DNA of 63,676 bases from Candidatus Kaiserbacteria bacterium GW2011_GWA2_52_12 (GCA_001004345.1 LCQW01000001.1:1-63676), one strand, 5' to 3'. Counted from the first letter of the stretch, positions 18,428-27,959 are shown. Made by a program: numbers and translations. Notes: generated by a model from the sequence alone, not told the origin.

Positions 18428-18454
18428 ACCTTCTCAGCATATACTTCTATCATC

Positions 18455-18928
18455 ATGAATGGGATCTTTTCTCGCCACTATTTCACATCATTTCTTGCGT
18501 TCCTGTGCGCTGTTGTCATTGTTGTATTCGTGCTCGCACCGGTAGCTGCTCGCGCGCAAACCGGTTCGCAGGATATTGGCACCGCGATACGCGCGGCGCT
18601 CTTCTCTGACTCGCGGGCTGCTCAAATGTCCCCGCAGCAATTCGATGCGGTGGTTGCCGCTCTTACATCAGAAGCGGTAAAGCAGGGAATGACCGCGCAC
18701 GATATCACATGGAACATGGTTGCATCGGCGGTTGATTTCGCGGAAGCAGCATGTGATTCGTATCTGTGCACCCTCAACGACGCATTCGGATTTTCAGGCT
18801 CCAACATGATGATACCCATCGGGCTCGGATTTTCCTCCGCGCTTCTCCTGCTCATAATTGGCACAATGAGGGGGATGCACCGTACGCCAGCTGTTCCGCC
18901 GTCTGTAGCACGCGCACCGGTGCAATAA
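18455..18928 (+). CDS. Hypothetical protein with signal peptide and C-terminal TM
   Basis: ARA|Q cleavage-like site; C-terminal hydrophobic helix. Confidence 0.7.
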   Translation: MNGIFSRHYFTSFLAFLCAVVIVVFVLAPVAARAQTGSQDIGTAIRAALFSDSRAAQMSPQQFDAVVAALTSEAVKQGMTAHDITWNMVASAVDFAEAACDSYLCTLNDAFGFSGSNMMIPIGLGFSSALLLLIIGTMRGMHRTPAVPPSVARAPVQ

Positions 18929-19072
18929 TGAACCTGATAACGACCCTTGCTTTTTTAGGATCGATACGTATACTGCTTTCACCCCAAGTCCACATATGGA
19001 CCAATGGTGGAGCTCACGAGCCCGCCATTGCGGGCGTTTACATTTTTAACTACGAACTACATTCTACGAACT

Positions 19073-19681
19073 ATGAAGTGTATGCTCGGTACCAAGGGAA
19101 GAATGACGCAGGTCTTCGATGAGAGGGGCGTCGTTTCTGCTGCGACGCTCATTACTGCCGGGCCGCTCACCATTACGCAAGTGAAGAGTATAGAGAAAGA
19201 CGGATATGCCGCCGTACAGGTAGGTTTTGGAGTGCGCAAAGAAAAAAATATCAACAACGCACAAAAAGGACACACGAAAGACCTCGGCAACATTCGCTAT
19301 ATGCGCGAATTTGTCGGATCGGAAGAGGTGAAGAGAGGAGACACAGTCGACATTTCGGTCTTTATACCGGGAGATGTCGTTGAAGTCTCCGCTATTTCAA
19401 AAGGCAAAGGTTTTCAGGGTGTGGTGAAGCGTCATGGTTTTAGTGGCGGTCCACGCAGTCACGGTCAAAAGAACAAAGAGCGCGCACCGGGCTCTATCGG
19501 CGGCGGTGCTCGCGCCGGCGCGCACGTAGCGAAAGGGATGCGCATGGGCGGCCGCATGGGCGGCGATCGTGTCACCGTAAAAAATCTGCGCATATTGCAG
19601 GTTGATGCCGCAAGTAATACATTGGTGATTTCTGGTGCTGTTCCAGGTCGACTGGGCACACTTGTAGAAATCAGAGGATAA
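19073..19681 (+). CDS. rplC: 50S ribosomal protein L3
   Basis: GTKGRMTQVF, SKGKGFQGVVKRHGF, RMGGRMG. Confidence 0.98.
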   Translation: MKCMLGTKGRMTQVFDERGVVSAATLITAGPLTITQVKSIEKDGYAAVQVGFGVRKEKNINNAQKGHTKDLGNIRYMREFVGSEEVKRGDTVDISVFIPGDVVEVSAISKGKGFQGVVKRHGFSGGPRSHGQKNKERAPGSIGGGARAGAHVAKGMRMGGRMGGDRVTVKNLRILQVDAASNTLVISGAVPGRLGTLVEIRG

Positions 19682-19683
19682 AT

Positions 19684-20352
19684 ATGGAATCACCAATGTA
19701 CACCGCAGAGGGAAAAGAGAAAGGGAACATCCAACTTCCCGAAAGCGTTTTTAACGTGCCGTGGAACGGTCCACTGATGCATCAGGTGGTGACATCGATG
19801 CAGGACAATGCCCGCACGCCGGTAGCACACGTGAAGACGCGCGGAGAGGTGCGTGGCGGCGGCAAAAAGCCGTGGCAGCAAAAAGGCACCGGCCGCGCGC
19901 GCCATGGTTCCATTCGTTCGCCTATCTGGAAAGGAGGCGGCGTGACGCACGGTCCGCTCAAAGAAAAGGATTACAGCAGAGCTATCCCGAAGAAAATGCG
20001 CGCAAAAGCCCTCTTCATGGCGCTTTCCCGCAAGCACAAGGATGGCGAAATAATCTTCGTAGATTCATTCAGGCTCGATACACCAAAGACGGCAAGCGCA
20101 AAAAAAGCACTCATGATGCTCTCGAAAGTTCCGGCATTTAAAACACTTGCCACCAAGAAGCGCAATGCGGCGCTCATCGCGCTTCCCGAAGCGACCGATG
20201 CCGTGCAAAAAAGTTTCCGCAATATCGGCTCCGTCACGACGATTGCTATGCGCAATCTGAATCCGGTACTGGTCCTCTCCAATAAATATCTGATCATCGA
20301 AAATCCCGAAGCTGCGCTCGCGATAGTATCGCAGCGTGCACCAAAAAAATAA
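19684..20352 (+). CDS. rplD: 50S ribosomal protein L4
   Basis: KTRGEVRGGGKKPWQQKGTGRARHGS. Confidence 0.98.
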   Translation: MESPMYTAEGKEKGNIQLPESVFNVPWNGPLMHQVVTSMQDNARTPVAHVKTRGEVRGGGKKPWQQKGTGRARHGSIRSPIWKGGGVTHGPLKEKDYSRAIPKKMRAKALFMALSRKHKDGEIIFVDSFRLDTPKTASAKKALMMLSKVPAFKTLATKKRNAALIALPEATDAVQKSFRNIGSVTTIAMRNLNPVLVLSNKYLIIENPEAALAIVSQRAPKK

Positions 20353-20358
20353 GATCAT

Positions 20359-20751
20359 ATGGCACTCTTCAGCAAAAAAATTTCAAAGCCAGCGTCCGAG
20401 GCTCCGGTCAAGGAAAAAAAGACAAAAATGGAAAAGGCAACACCTGTCTCTATAGCCACAAGCGGGGGAAATGCCGTCGCACAGGTCCTGAAGCACGCAC
20501 GCATTACGGAGAAAGCGTCGATGCACCAAAGCGAGGGCGTGTACACCTTCGACATCGCCGAGGGGGCGACCAAGAATCAGGTCACCCAAGCCGTTTTTGC
20601 TCTCTACAAAGTCACGCCGCGCCTCGTGCGCGTGGTCAAAGTGCCATCAAAAGTACGCCGCAATGCCCGCACGGGGAAGATGGGCATAAAACGTGGCGGA
20701 AGAAAGGCGTATGTCTTTTTGAAGAAAGGTGAGACTATAACCATCGCATAG
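20359..20751 (+). CDS. rplW: 50S ribosomal protein L23
   Basis: ITEKA, YTF, KAYVFLKKGETI. Confidence 0.95.
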   Translation: MALFSKKISKPASEAPVKEKKTKMEKATPVSIATSGGNAVAQVLKHARITEKASMHQSEGVYTFDIAEGATKNQVTQAVFALYKVTPRLVRVVKVPSKVRRNARTGKMGIKRGGRKAYVFLKKGETITIA

Positions 20752-20776
20752 TTCGACACATTCACTATAAATAAAT
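20749..20776 (+). repeat. Intergenic repeat TAGTTCGA-N-TCACTATAAATAAAT, copy 1
   Basis: Matches 28544-28572 and minus-strand 44535-44586. Confidence 0.75.
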
Positions 20777-20779
20777 CCT

Positions 20780-21628
20780 ATGGCACTCAAACAATACAGA
20801 CCGATAACGAAATCGCAGCGGCAGCACACGTCGATCAATTACCGCGAGCTTCTTTCGGGCCACAAGCCGGAGAAATCACTCATGCAAGGCCGTAAGAGCA
20901 TGGGCGGCCGCAATTCCTTTGGACGTATCACGACCAGACATCAGGGCGGTGGTCACAAGAAGTCGTATCGCGAGGTGGATTTTCGATTCAATAAGAAAAA
21001 TATTCTGGCAAAGATCGTCAGTATCGAATACGACCCATATCGGAGCGCGTTCATCTCGCTCGCCATCTATGCAGACGGTGAAAAACGATACGTGCTCGTG
21101 CCGCAGCGCGTGAAAGTGGGGGACACGTTCATCGTATCCGAAACGGCTCCGATCGAGGCGGCAAATCGTTTGCCGCTCGGCAAAATTCCCGTGGGCACCT
21201 TTGTCTACAACATTGAATTGAAGCCGGGTGCTGGCGGCAAGATCGCCCGCTCGGCGGGGAATTTCTGCGAAGTGGTCGCGCAAGATGCCGGTTACACGCA
21301 CCTCAAAATGCCATCGACCGAAGTGCGCCGCATCATCGCGACCGCATGGGCATCGATTGGCGAGGTGTCCAATGAAGAGCATCGGCTCATCAATCTAGGC
21401 AAAGCGGGCCGCTCGCGCTGGATGGGTGTACGCCCGACGGTGCGTGGCACCGCGATGAACCCTGTCGATCACCCGCACGGTGGAGGCGAAGGCAAACAGG
21501 GTCGCGGTCTGCGCCGTGCAAAATCTCTGTGGGGCAAGCCGACCGGCAAGGGCCAGAAATCCCGCCGCCCGAAAAAATATTCGAATGTTTTCATCGTCAG
21601 TCGACGTAAAGTGGGAAAAAGGAAATAA
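20780..21628 (+). CDS. rplB: 50S ribosomal protein L2
   Basis: GRITTRHQGGGHK, RPTVRGTAMNPVDHPHGGGEG. Confidence 0.99.
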   Translation: MALKQYRPITKSQRQHTSINYRELLSGHKPEKSLMQGRKSMGGRNSFGRITTRHQGGGHKKSYREVDFRFNKKNILAKIVSIEYDPYRSAFISLAIYADGEKRYVLVPQRVKVGDTFIVSETAPIEAANRLPLGKIPVGTFVYNIELKPGAGGKIARSAGNFCEVVAQDAGYTHLKMPSTEVRRIIATAWASIGEVSNEEHRLINLGKAGRSRWMGVRPTVRGTAMNPVDHPHGGGEGKQGRGLRRAKSLWGKPTGKGQKSRRPKKYSNVFIVSRRKVGKRK

Positions 21629-21728
21629 AGCATCATATGAGCGATAAAATGCGCCTGCATATATGTGCGTAGGCGATTTTCGCCTATACTCTAAATAGAA
21701 CATAGAGTACAAAACAGAGGAGTCCGAA

Positions 21729-23507
21729 ATGTCGGGCCGCTTCACAGAAGTTAAAAAACGCTTTCGCGGCATGTTTCAGGCGCTTCGAGAAGTCAACAGC
21801 CTTATTTATGAGGCCGACAAGATACTGATGTGCGTTGTGCTCGCGGAAACGATTGTGCACAGCTTCGTCATGCTCGCTACTTTTTTGGGAGCGAGTATGT
21901 TCCTTTCCCAAATAGGGCAGCTGACGCCTACATTGACGATCGTTCTCCTCGTTGCCGCGTACTACATCATTTCGGAAATTCTCACCGCATCCGTCGGAGC
22001 GTTCAAAGAAAAACACCTCTACATCTTCAACCGGCGTATCGGTGATGTCATCGATAAGCGCACCGTTGAAATGATGACAGCACTTGATGTCGGTCAACTC
22101 CAGAGTCCCGAATTCCATAATATTCGAATTCTGGCAGAGAGGCGTGGCGTAAGCGCGCCGCTTCGTGTGTGGCAATTTGAAACGATGCTCATCGGGTCCC
22201 TGATCGGACTCGTCGTCGGCATTGTCACGCTCGTGTCGATCAACATTCTCATCGTTGCGCCCGTCATCTTCGTCGCCTCATCGCAGATCGCGTACCAATG
22301 GTTTTCGCAAGCGTACATGCGCAAGGTGGAAGAAGAGGAGGCGTTCATACGGCTCAAGCAGGGCTACACGTTCTGGGAAATGACTTCATGGGAATTCGGA
22401 TTCCAGATGCATCTGACGGGGTATATGCCGATTTTGAGGGTGCGGTATTTCGATCGCACGCTTGAGATCTATAACAACGCAGTCAGGGTGGCGAGTTATA
22501 AGTTTCGCTGGAGCACGCTCGTCGGCGGCATCGTGGTCATCGGCCATGCCGGTTTTTGGCTGATTTTTGGCATTGATGTGCTCCACGGTTCCTACACGCT
22601 TCTCGAGATAGGTGCTGTTCTTGGCGGTTTCCATCTGGTGAGCAATGCCACACGCGACTCTGGCGTAAGTACTGCGCAGCTCGATCACAGTACCCGCGAC
22701 TATGGCTATCTGGCTGAATTTCACCGCACCAAGCCGATGCTCGACGAGAGCATGGCGAGTGCGGTAACTCTCGAGAAGACGCCCGTCCTTGAGGTCTCGA
22801 ACGCGACGTTCATGTACCCGGGGTCTTCGCAAGAAGCGCTCAAGGGCTGTACACTTCGTTTCGAAGCCGGTGAAAAGATCGCGTTCATCGGTAAAAACGG
22901 TTCCGGCAAAACGACGTTCGCGCAACTCATCGCGAAGGTGTATCTCGCTACGAGCGGCGACGTGCTCGTGGATGGGACGTCGATCAGAACCATCACACAA
23001 AAATCGTGGATCGAACAGTTCCTCTATATAAAGCCGCCGACGCGCGTTCCCGAGCTCACGCTTCGGGAAGTGTTCACGGCCGTGGAACCAGAAGAAGTGG
23101 ACGAAGCTCGCCTGCAAAAAGCGCTCGAGTACGCGGGAGCGAAAGATATCATTGATGAGATGCCCGACGGGCTCGATACGCAACTGGGGCAGCATTGGCC
23201 GGGTGGGCGGGATGTGTCGAGCGGACAGTATCAGCGTTTCGCGCTCGTCCTTGCCTTCTATCGGCTCCTGCATCCTTCGGTGCGCATGGCCATCTTCGAT
23301 GAGGCGATGGCGCACTGCGACCTGGAGACAAAAGGGCGCTTCTATCCGCTCGTTGCAGGAGAAACGGGGGACTTTGCGGATAAAACCATCATAACTATCC
23401 TCCATGACCAGCAATTCGTTCCAAAATTCGGCCGCATTGTTGAGTTTGAGGAGGGGTTGATCAAGAGAGACTTGAAGAATCAAGTAATTGCACTGGCCTC
23501 CCCGTGA
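21729..23507 (+). CDS. ABC exporter, fused TMD + ATPase
   Basis: N-terminal TMs; GKNGSGKTT, VSSGQYQR, IFDEA. Confidence 0.88.
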   Translation: MSGRFTEVKKRFRGMFQALREVNSLIYEADKILMCVVLAETIVHSFVMLATFLGASMFLSQIGQLTPTLTIVLLVAAYYIISEILTASVGAFKEKHLYIFNRRIGDVIDKRTVEMMTALDVGQLQSPEFHNIRILAERRGVSAPLRVWQFETMLIGSLIGLVVGIVTLVSINILIVAPVIFVASSQIAYQWFSQAYMRKVEEEEAFIRLKQGYTFWEMTSWEFGFQMHLTGYMPILRVRYFDRTLEIYNNAVRVASYKFRWSTLVGGIVVIGHAGFWLIFGIDVLHGSYTLLEIGAVLGGFHLVSNATRDSGVSTAQLDHSTRDYGYLAEFHRTKPMLDESMASAVTLEKTPVLEVSNATFMYPGSSQEALKGCTLRFEAGEKIAFIGKNGSGKTTFAQLIAKVYLATSGDVLVDGTSIRTITQKSWIEQFLYIKPPTRVPELTLREVFTAVEPEEVDEARLQKALEYAGAKDIIDEMPDGLDTQLGQHWPGGRDVSSGQYQRFALVLAFYRLLHPSVRMAIFDEAMAHCDLETKGRFYPLVAGETGDFADKTIITILHDQQFVPKFGRIVEFEEGLIKRDLKNQVIALASP

Positions 23508-23522
23508 GGCCGGTTTTTCATA

Positions 23523-23562
23523 TATAACGCTAGCATGTCCGGCCGGACACGCTAACGTTATA
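23523..23562. repeat. 40-bp near-perfect palindrome
   Basis: TATAACGCTAGCATGTCCGG|CCGGACACGCTAACGTTATA, 2 mismatched pairs. Confidence 0.85.
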
Positions 23563-23587
23563 GATTACTCCAGAGATCCCGCGAAAT

Positions 23588-23616
23588 TTGACTTATCAAG
23601 CTATTTCCTATACATT
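23588..23616 (+). promoter_or_regulatory. Sigma70-like promoter for the rpsS block
   Basis: TTGACT-N17-TACATT. Confidence 0.6.
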
Positions 23617-23648
23617 GTTCGGACGCCCTCACGGCGTTTTTAATTGAT

Positions 23649-23993
23649 ATGTCACGTTCAGTCAAGAAAGGTCCCTACGTGGACGAAAAATTGATGAAAA
23701 AAGTCTCGACCCGAAAAAGCGGGGCGGGAACTATCAAGACGTGGGCGCGCGCTTCGCAAATCGCACCAGAGTTCGTTGGCTACACATTCGGTGTGCACAA
23801 CGGCAAGAGCCACGAGGAAGTCTTCGTGACGGAAGACATGGTGGGCCACCGATTGGGCGAATTCGCGCCGACGACCAAATTCATCCGCCACGGAGGCAAG
23901 ATGCAAAAGGAGATCGAAATGGCGAAGCAACAGTCCGAGATCGCGGCCGCACAAGCCGCCAAAGCGACCGGCGATACGGCGAAGAAAAAATAA
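23649..23993 (+). CDS. rpsS: 30S ribosomal protein S19
   Basis: [28 protein letters not shown]. Confidence 0.98.
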   Translation: MSRSVKKGPYVDEKLMKKVSTRKSGAGTIKTWARASQIAPEFVGYTFGVHNGKSHEEVFVTEDMVGHRLGEFAPTTKFIRHGGKMQKEIEMAKQQSEIAAAQAAKATGDTAKKK

Positions 23994-23999
23994 AATACT

Positions 24000-24380
24000 A
24001 TGAAAGCACTGCTCACCAATTATCACCAGTCGCCGCGCAAAGTGCGGCTCGTCGCGAACCTCATTCGCGGCAAATCCGTGCCCGCAGCGCGCGCGGCGCT
24101 TTTGTATTTGCCGAAAAAATCCTCGCCAGCACTTTCAAAATTGCTCGATTCCGCCATCGCCAACGCGCGCAATGCCGGGGCGAATGTCGAAAATCTTTTT
24201 ATTAAGAAGATCACCGTCGACAAAGGTGCCGTGATGCGCCGAGCGCGCCCATTTGCGCGCGGCCGCTCGGGCTCGATACGAAAGGAGATGTCGATAGTAT
24301 TCCTTGAACTCGGTACTACCGTGAAAGAACAAAAAACAAAGAACAAAAAACAGATAGCTAAAAAACCGAAGAAAATCTAA
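24000..24380 (+). CDS. rplV: 50S ribosomal protein L22
   Basis: SPRKVRLVANLIRGK, SAIANA. Confidence 0.97.
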   Translation: MKALLTNYHQSPRKVRLVANLIRGKSVPAARAALLYLPKKSSPALSKLLDSAIANARNAGANVENLFIKKITVDKGAVMRRARPFARGRSGSIRKEMSIVFLELGTTVKEQKTKNKKQIAKKPKKI

Positions 24381-24426
24381 CATTTTCTATTTACTATCTA
24401 TTTTCTACTAACTACTATCTATTCCT

Positions 24427-25113
24427 ATGACCCACGTCGTACATCCCTACGCTCACCGACTTGGTATTATCCGCGATTGGAAATCGCGCTGGTTTTCTAA
24501 GAGTCCGGCAAAATATCGCGAAAATGTGATGGTGGATTCCGCGATTCGCCGCTTCCTCAAGAAGCGTCTGCGTGGCAATTATGTCACGTCTGTCGAGATC
24601 GAGCGCAACGAGAAGGCGATACACGTCATCATCAAGACGTCGCGCCCCGGACTCGTCATTGGCCGCGGCGGTGAAGGCTCGACCAAGCTCACCAAAGAAA
24701 TCGAACGGATCATTATGAAAGTGCCAAAAGCGGAGCGCAAAGCCGTTCGTCTCGACATCGAAGAAGTCCGCTCGCCCGAAGCACAGGCCGCTGTTGTCGC
24801 CTATATGGTCGCCGAGGGACTGGAGAAGCGTCAGACGTTCCGCAGAGTACTGAAGCAGACCGTGGAAAAAGTGATGGCGAATCGCGATGTGCAGGGCGTG
24901 CGCATCTGCATTGCCGGCCGTCTTGGCGGCGCGGAAATGTCGCGCACCGAAGAGATAAAGAGGGGACGCGTCCCGCTTCAGACACTCCGTGCCGACATCG
25001 ACTATGCGCGTGAGATAGCGTATCTCCCGTACGGCGTGATCGGCGTTAAGGTGTGGATCTACCGCGGGGAAATATTTAATAAACAAGAAAACAAAAAACA
25101 AAAAGCGGCTTAA
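24427..25113 (+). CDS. rpsC: 30S ribosomal protein S3
   Basis: RPGLVIGRGG, GRLGGAEMSR, PLQTLRADIDY. Confidence 0.98.
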   Translation: MTHVVHPYAHRLGIIRDWKSRWFSKSPAKYRENVMVDSAIRRFLKKRLRGNYVTSVEIERNEKAIHVIIKTSRPGLVIGRGGEGSTKLTKEIERIIMKVPKAERKAVRLDIEEVRSPEAQAAVVAYMVAEGLEKRQTFRRVLKQTVEKVMANRDVQGVRICIAGRLGGAEMSRTEEIKRGRVPLQTLRADIDYAREIAYLPYGVIGVKVWIYRGEIFNKQENKKQKAA

Positions 25114-25145
25114 TCTTTGTTTTATTGTATATTTTTTAATCTATT

Positions 25146-25568
25146 ATGCTCGCACCAAAGAAAGCAAAATATCGCAAATGGCAGTCGGGCCGCAAGAACC
25201 CCGCCCGCTGGAATCTTCCGGACACGCGCGGACTCACCGTTGCATTCGGCTCACACGGGCTGAAAGCGATCACCGCGGCTCGCGTCACATCGAATCAGAT
25301 CGAAGCCGCGCGCCGCGCTCTCACGCGCGCCGGTGGCAAGAGCGCCAAGGTGTGGGTGCGCATTTTCCCCGACCGTCCGTTTACCCAAAAGGCCGCCGAA
25401 GTGGGCATGGGTAGCGGCAAAGGCGATGTAGCGGGCTACGTGATGGAAGTGCGCCCGGGCCGCGTCATTTTTGAGATAGACGGAGCGGGGGATAAGGTGG
25501 CGCGCGAGGCTCTCCGTAAAGCGGGAACGAAACTTCCTCTCAAGGCGCGCGTCGTCGTGCGTCAATGA
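25146..25568 (+). CDS. rplP: 50S ribosomal protein L16
   Basis: QIEAAR, RIFPDRP, MGSGKG, KLPLK. Confidence 0.98.
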   Translation: MLAPKKAKYRKWQSGRKNPARWNLPDTRGLTVAFGSHGLKAITAARVTSNQIEAARRALTRAGGKSAKVWVRIFPDRPFTQKAAEVGMGSGKGDVAGYVMEVRPGRVIFEIDGAGDKVAREALRKAGTKLPLKARVVVRQ

Positions 25569-25571
25569 TCT

Positions 25572-25793
25572 ATGAGTGACTTTTCAAAAAACAATGTCGA
25601 TGATCTGCAGAAGCTGCTTGTTGACAAGCGGGAACGATTGCGGGTATTTCGATTCGGAGGAGCTGGCAGCCGTTCGCGGAACGTTCGCGAGGGTCGCACG
25701 CTCCGCAAAGAAATAGCGCAGATATTGACCGAACTTCGGGCGCGGGACATGACTGCGCAGGCAGGAATTGCATCCGAGAAGAAAACAGCGTAG
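25572..25793 (+). CDS. rpmC: 50S ribosomal protein L29
   Basis: Position between rplP and rpsQ; LRKEIAQILTEL. Confidence 0.9.
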   Translation: MSDFSKNNVDDLQKLLVDKRERLRVFRFGGAGSRSRNVREGRTLRKEIAQILTELRARDMTAQAGIASEKKTA

Positions 25794-25810
25794 TGTAGTC
25801 ATTCCATTGT

Positions 25811-26116
25811 ATGGCAAAAGAACCAGCTACAGAAATCAACACAAGCCTGCCTGCTCGCCTCGCTGACGCTCCGGCGAAGCGGGCCGGTAGGCAGGGGAAA
25901 TTCTTCGATGGCGTCGTCGTCAAGACGGCGATGAAAGACACGGCGACCGTCTCGGTGGAGCGCTACGTGAAGCACCCGAAATACCAGAAGTACCAGCGCC
26001 GTAGCCAAAAATTCCTCGTGCATGACCCGGGCAACACGCTCTCCGTGGGGCAGAAGGTCACCATCCGCGAGACTCGTCCCATTTCCCGCCGCAAGCGTTT
26101 CGTTATCGCTCAATAA
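25811..26116 (+). CDS. rpsQ: 30S ribosomal protein S17 (palindromic insert in N-terminus)
   Basis: GVVVKTAMKDT, HPKYQKY, ETRPISRRKRF. Confidence 0.96.
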   Translation: MAKEPATEINTSLPARLADAPAKRAGRQGKFFDGVVVKTAMKDTATVSVERYVKHPKYQKYQRRSQKFLVHDPGNTLSVGQKVTIRETRPISRRKRFVIAQ

Positions 26117-26120
26117 TTTT

Positions 26121-26501
26121 ATGTTGCAGGACCGTTCACTCGTAAAGATTGCAGATAATTCCGGCGGTCAGATCGGACGCGTGTTCAAGATTCTCGGCGG
26201 CACACGCAAGCGTTATGCGGAGCTTGGTGACGAGATCGTCATTTCCATCCAGAGTGCCCAGCCGCGAAAATCGGTCAAGAAAAAGGAAGTGCATCGCGCG
26301 GTCGTCGTCCGTCAAAGAAAACCGTATCGTCGCGCCGACGGTTCGTATGTGCGTTTTGACGAGAATGCCGTCGTACTCATTGTCGGGTCGGGAAAGGAAC
26401 CAAAAGAACCGAAGGCAAATCGCGTATTCGGCCCCATTCCGCGCGAGCTTGTCGAACGTGGATATCAAAAAATCGCATCACTGGCACCGGAAATCGTCTA
26501 A
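26121..26501 (+). CDS. rplN: 50S ribosomal protein L14
   Basis: ADNSG, RFDENAVV, RVFGPIPREL, SLAPEIV. Confidence 0.98.
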   Translation: MLQDRSLVKIADNSGGQIGRVFKILGGTRKRYAELGDEIVISIQSAQPRKSVKKKEVHRAVVVRQRKPYRRADGSYVRFDENAVVLIVGSGKEPKEPKANRVFGPIPRELVERGYQKIASLAPEIV

Positions 26502-26510
26502 ATAATATAT

Positions 26511-26822
26511 ATGAAACTCAAGAAAGGAGATAAAGTAATAGTGATAGCTGGCAAAGCGCGCGGACAGACGAGTACCATCGTACGTGTGCTGACGGATAAA
26601 AATCTCGTCGTTCTGGACGGGCTCAATCTCGTCAAGCGTCATCGCCGCCCGAGCGCGCAGAATCGGAAGGGGCAGATCATCGACAAGCCGATGCCCATCC
26701 ATGCTTCGAACGTGATGCTTGCCGATCCGAAGACAGGGAAACCTACGCGGATCAAGATCGTACGCGATGAAAAGGGTGGGCGCACACGTGTTGCGGTAAA
26801 AAGCGGCAACGAGCTTAAATAA
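26511..26822 (+). CDS. rplX: 50S ribosomal protein L24
   Basis: KKGDKVIVIAGK, PIHASNV. Confidence 0.97.
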   Translation: MKLKKGDKVIVIAGKARGQTSTIVRVLTDKNLVVLDGLNLVKRHRRPSAQNRKGQIIDKPMPIHASNVMLADPKTGKPTRIKIVRDEKGGRTRVAVKSGNELK

Positions 26823-26830
26823 AAATATTT

Positions 26831-27382
26831 ATGGCACACGCAACAGTACATACAAAAACATTCGACGCTCTCAAGGGCGATTTCGGATACAAAAATATCA
26901 TGCAGGCGCCACGCGTCTTGAAGGTAGTCGTTGGGACGGGAGTCGGCAAGGTGAACAAAGACAAAAAGCGCCTTGAATTGGTCATCGATCGGCTCGCACG
27001 GATCACCGGACAAGCACCAGCGCCGCGACTCGCGAAGAAAGCCATCGCCAATTTCAAGAGTCGCGCAGGAGACACTATCGGCTACCAGATCACGCTCCGG
27101 GGCGCGCGGATGCAAGCCTTTCTCGACAAGCTCATCCACATCGTATTTCCGCGCATGAAAGACTTCCGCGGGCTAAAACCGGCGACCATCGACGAGATGG
27201 GCAACATTTCTATCGGCATCAAAGAGCACACCGTCTTTCCGGAGACGTCCGATGAAGATTCAAAAGACATATTCGGCCTTGCAGTCACGATCGTCACCTC
27301 TGCAAAAAATAAAAAAGAAGCCGAAGCCTTCCTCCGCCACCTCGGATTGCCGCTGCGCGAAGCAGAAGTAAAAGGGAAGTAA
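26831..27382 (+). CDS. rplE: 50S ribosomal protein L5
   Basis: ITGQAP, TLRGARM, PRMKDFRGL, VFPE. Confidence 0.98.
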   Translation: MAHATVHTKTFDALKGDFGYKNIMQAPRVLKVVVGTGVGKVNKDKKRLELVIDRLARITGQAPAPRLAKKAIANFKSRAGDTIGYQITLRGARMQAFLDKLIHIVFPRMKDFRGLKPATIDEMGNISIGIKEHTVFPETSDEDSKDIFGLAVTIVTSAKNKKEAEAFLRHLGLPLREAEVKGK

Positions 27383-27430
27383 ACAGTGAAATCAAGCTCA
27401 AACTCTTGGCACGAGGTGTCACCTCGGTAT

Positions 27431-27772
27431 TTACGTCTTCTTGTATACAGCTCGTAGGGCGAACCAGATGAATACTCCGGTGTAGATGAGGTACATCACT
27501 GCGGAAAAGACGGTGGCGACGAGCGGGTCCACGGTGCTCGGGTCCCCAAGCAGAAAGTCGGGCCTGAAGATCATCGAGAGCGGCGCAAAGATTAATCCGA
27601 CGCCCGCTGTGTACATGACCCTGAAACTCCCGAGGACAATGAGGCCCATCACGACTCCGGGCACAACGAGACTCTTTGGGGAACCGCGTCGAACTCTGCG
27701 CGCGGCGAATACCACGAGAAACGCAATAATGACTATCTCGATCAGGGTCAGGATAAGGAACGTCTCGAGCAT
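27431..27772 (-). CDS. Small membrane protein inserted antisense in the spc cluster
   Basis: 113 aa with ~3 hydrophobic segments; TACAAT just upstream of ATG. Confidence 0.7.
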   Translation of the reverse strand: MLETFLILTLIEIVIIAFLVVFAARRVRRGSPKSLVVPGVVMGLIVLGSFRVMYTAGVGLIFAPLSMIFRPDFLLGDPSTVDPLVATVFSAVMYLIYTGVFIWFALRAVYKKT

Positions 27773-27795
27773 GGGAAAATTGTAGTACCGCGCGA

Positions 27796-27824
27796 TTGAC
27801 TTTGCAATTCATTTCGCGTATATT
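27796..27824 (+). promoter_or_regulatory. Sigma70-like promoter for the rpsN block
   Basis: TTGACT-N17-TATATT. Confidence 0.65.
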
Positions 27825-27959
27825 GGCCGAGCCTCGTAGGGGGCTTTGTTTTTCAACCACAGGTTGGACGAAGAACAGGGCCACGCGAAGAAGCTTCTGT
27901 AAGTCGGCTGCGCAAGCGCCGGATGCAAGGGTTTCCAAGTCCCCTTGGGATATTCATTC

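Noticed and set aside
22386..23483. Long antisense ORFs (also 24415-25101, 47202-48095, 53393-54244)
   Set aside because: They lie opposite clearly recognisable genes and have no motifs; codon-bias shadows.
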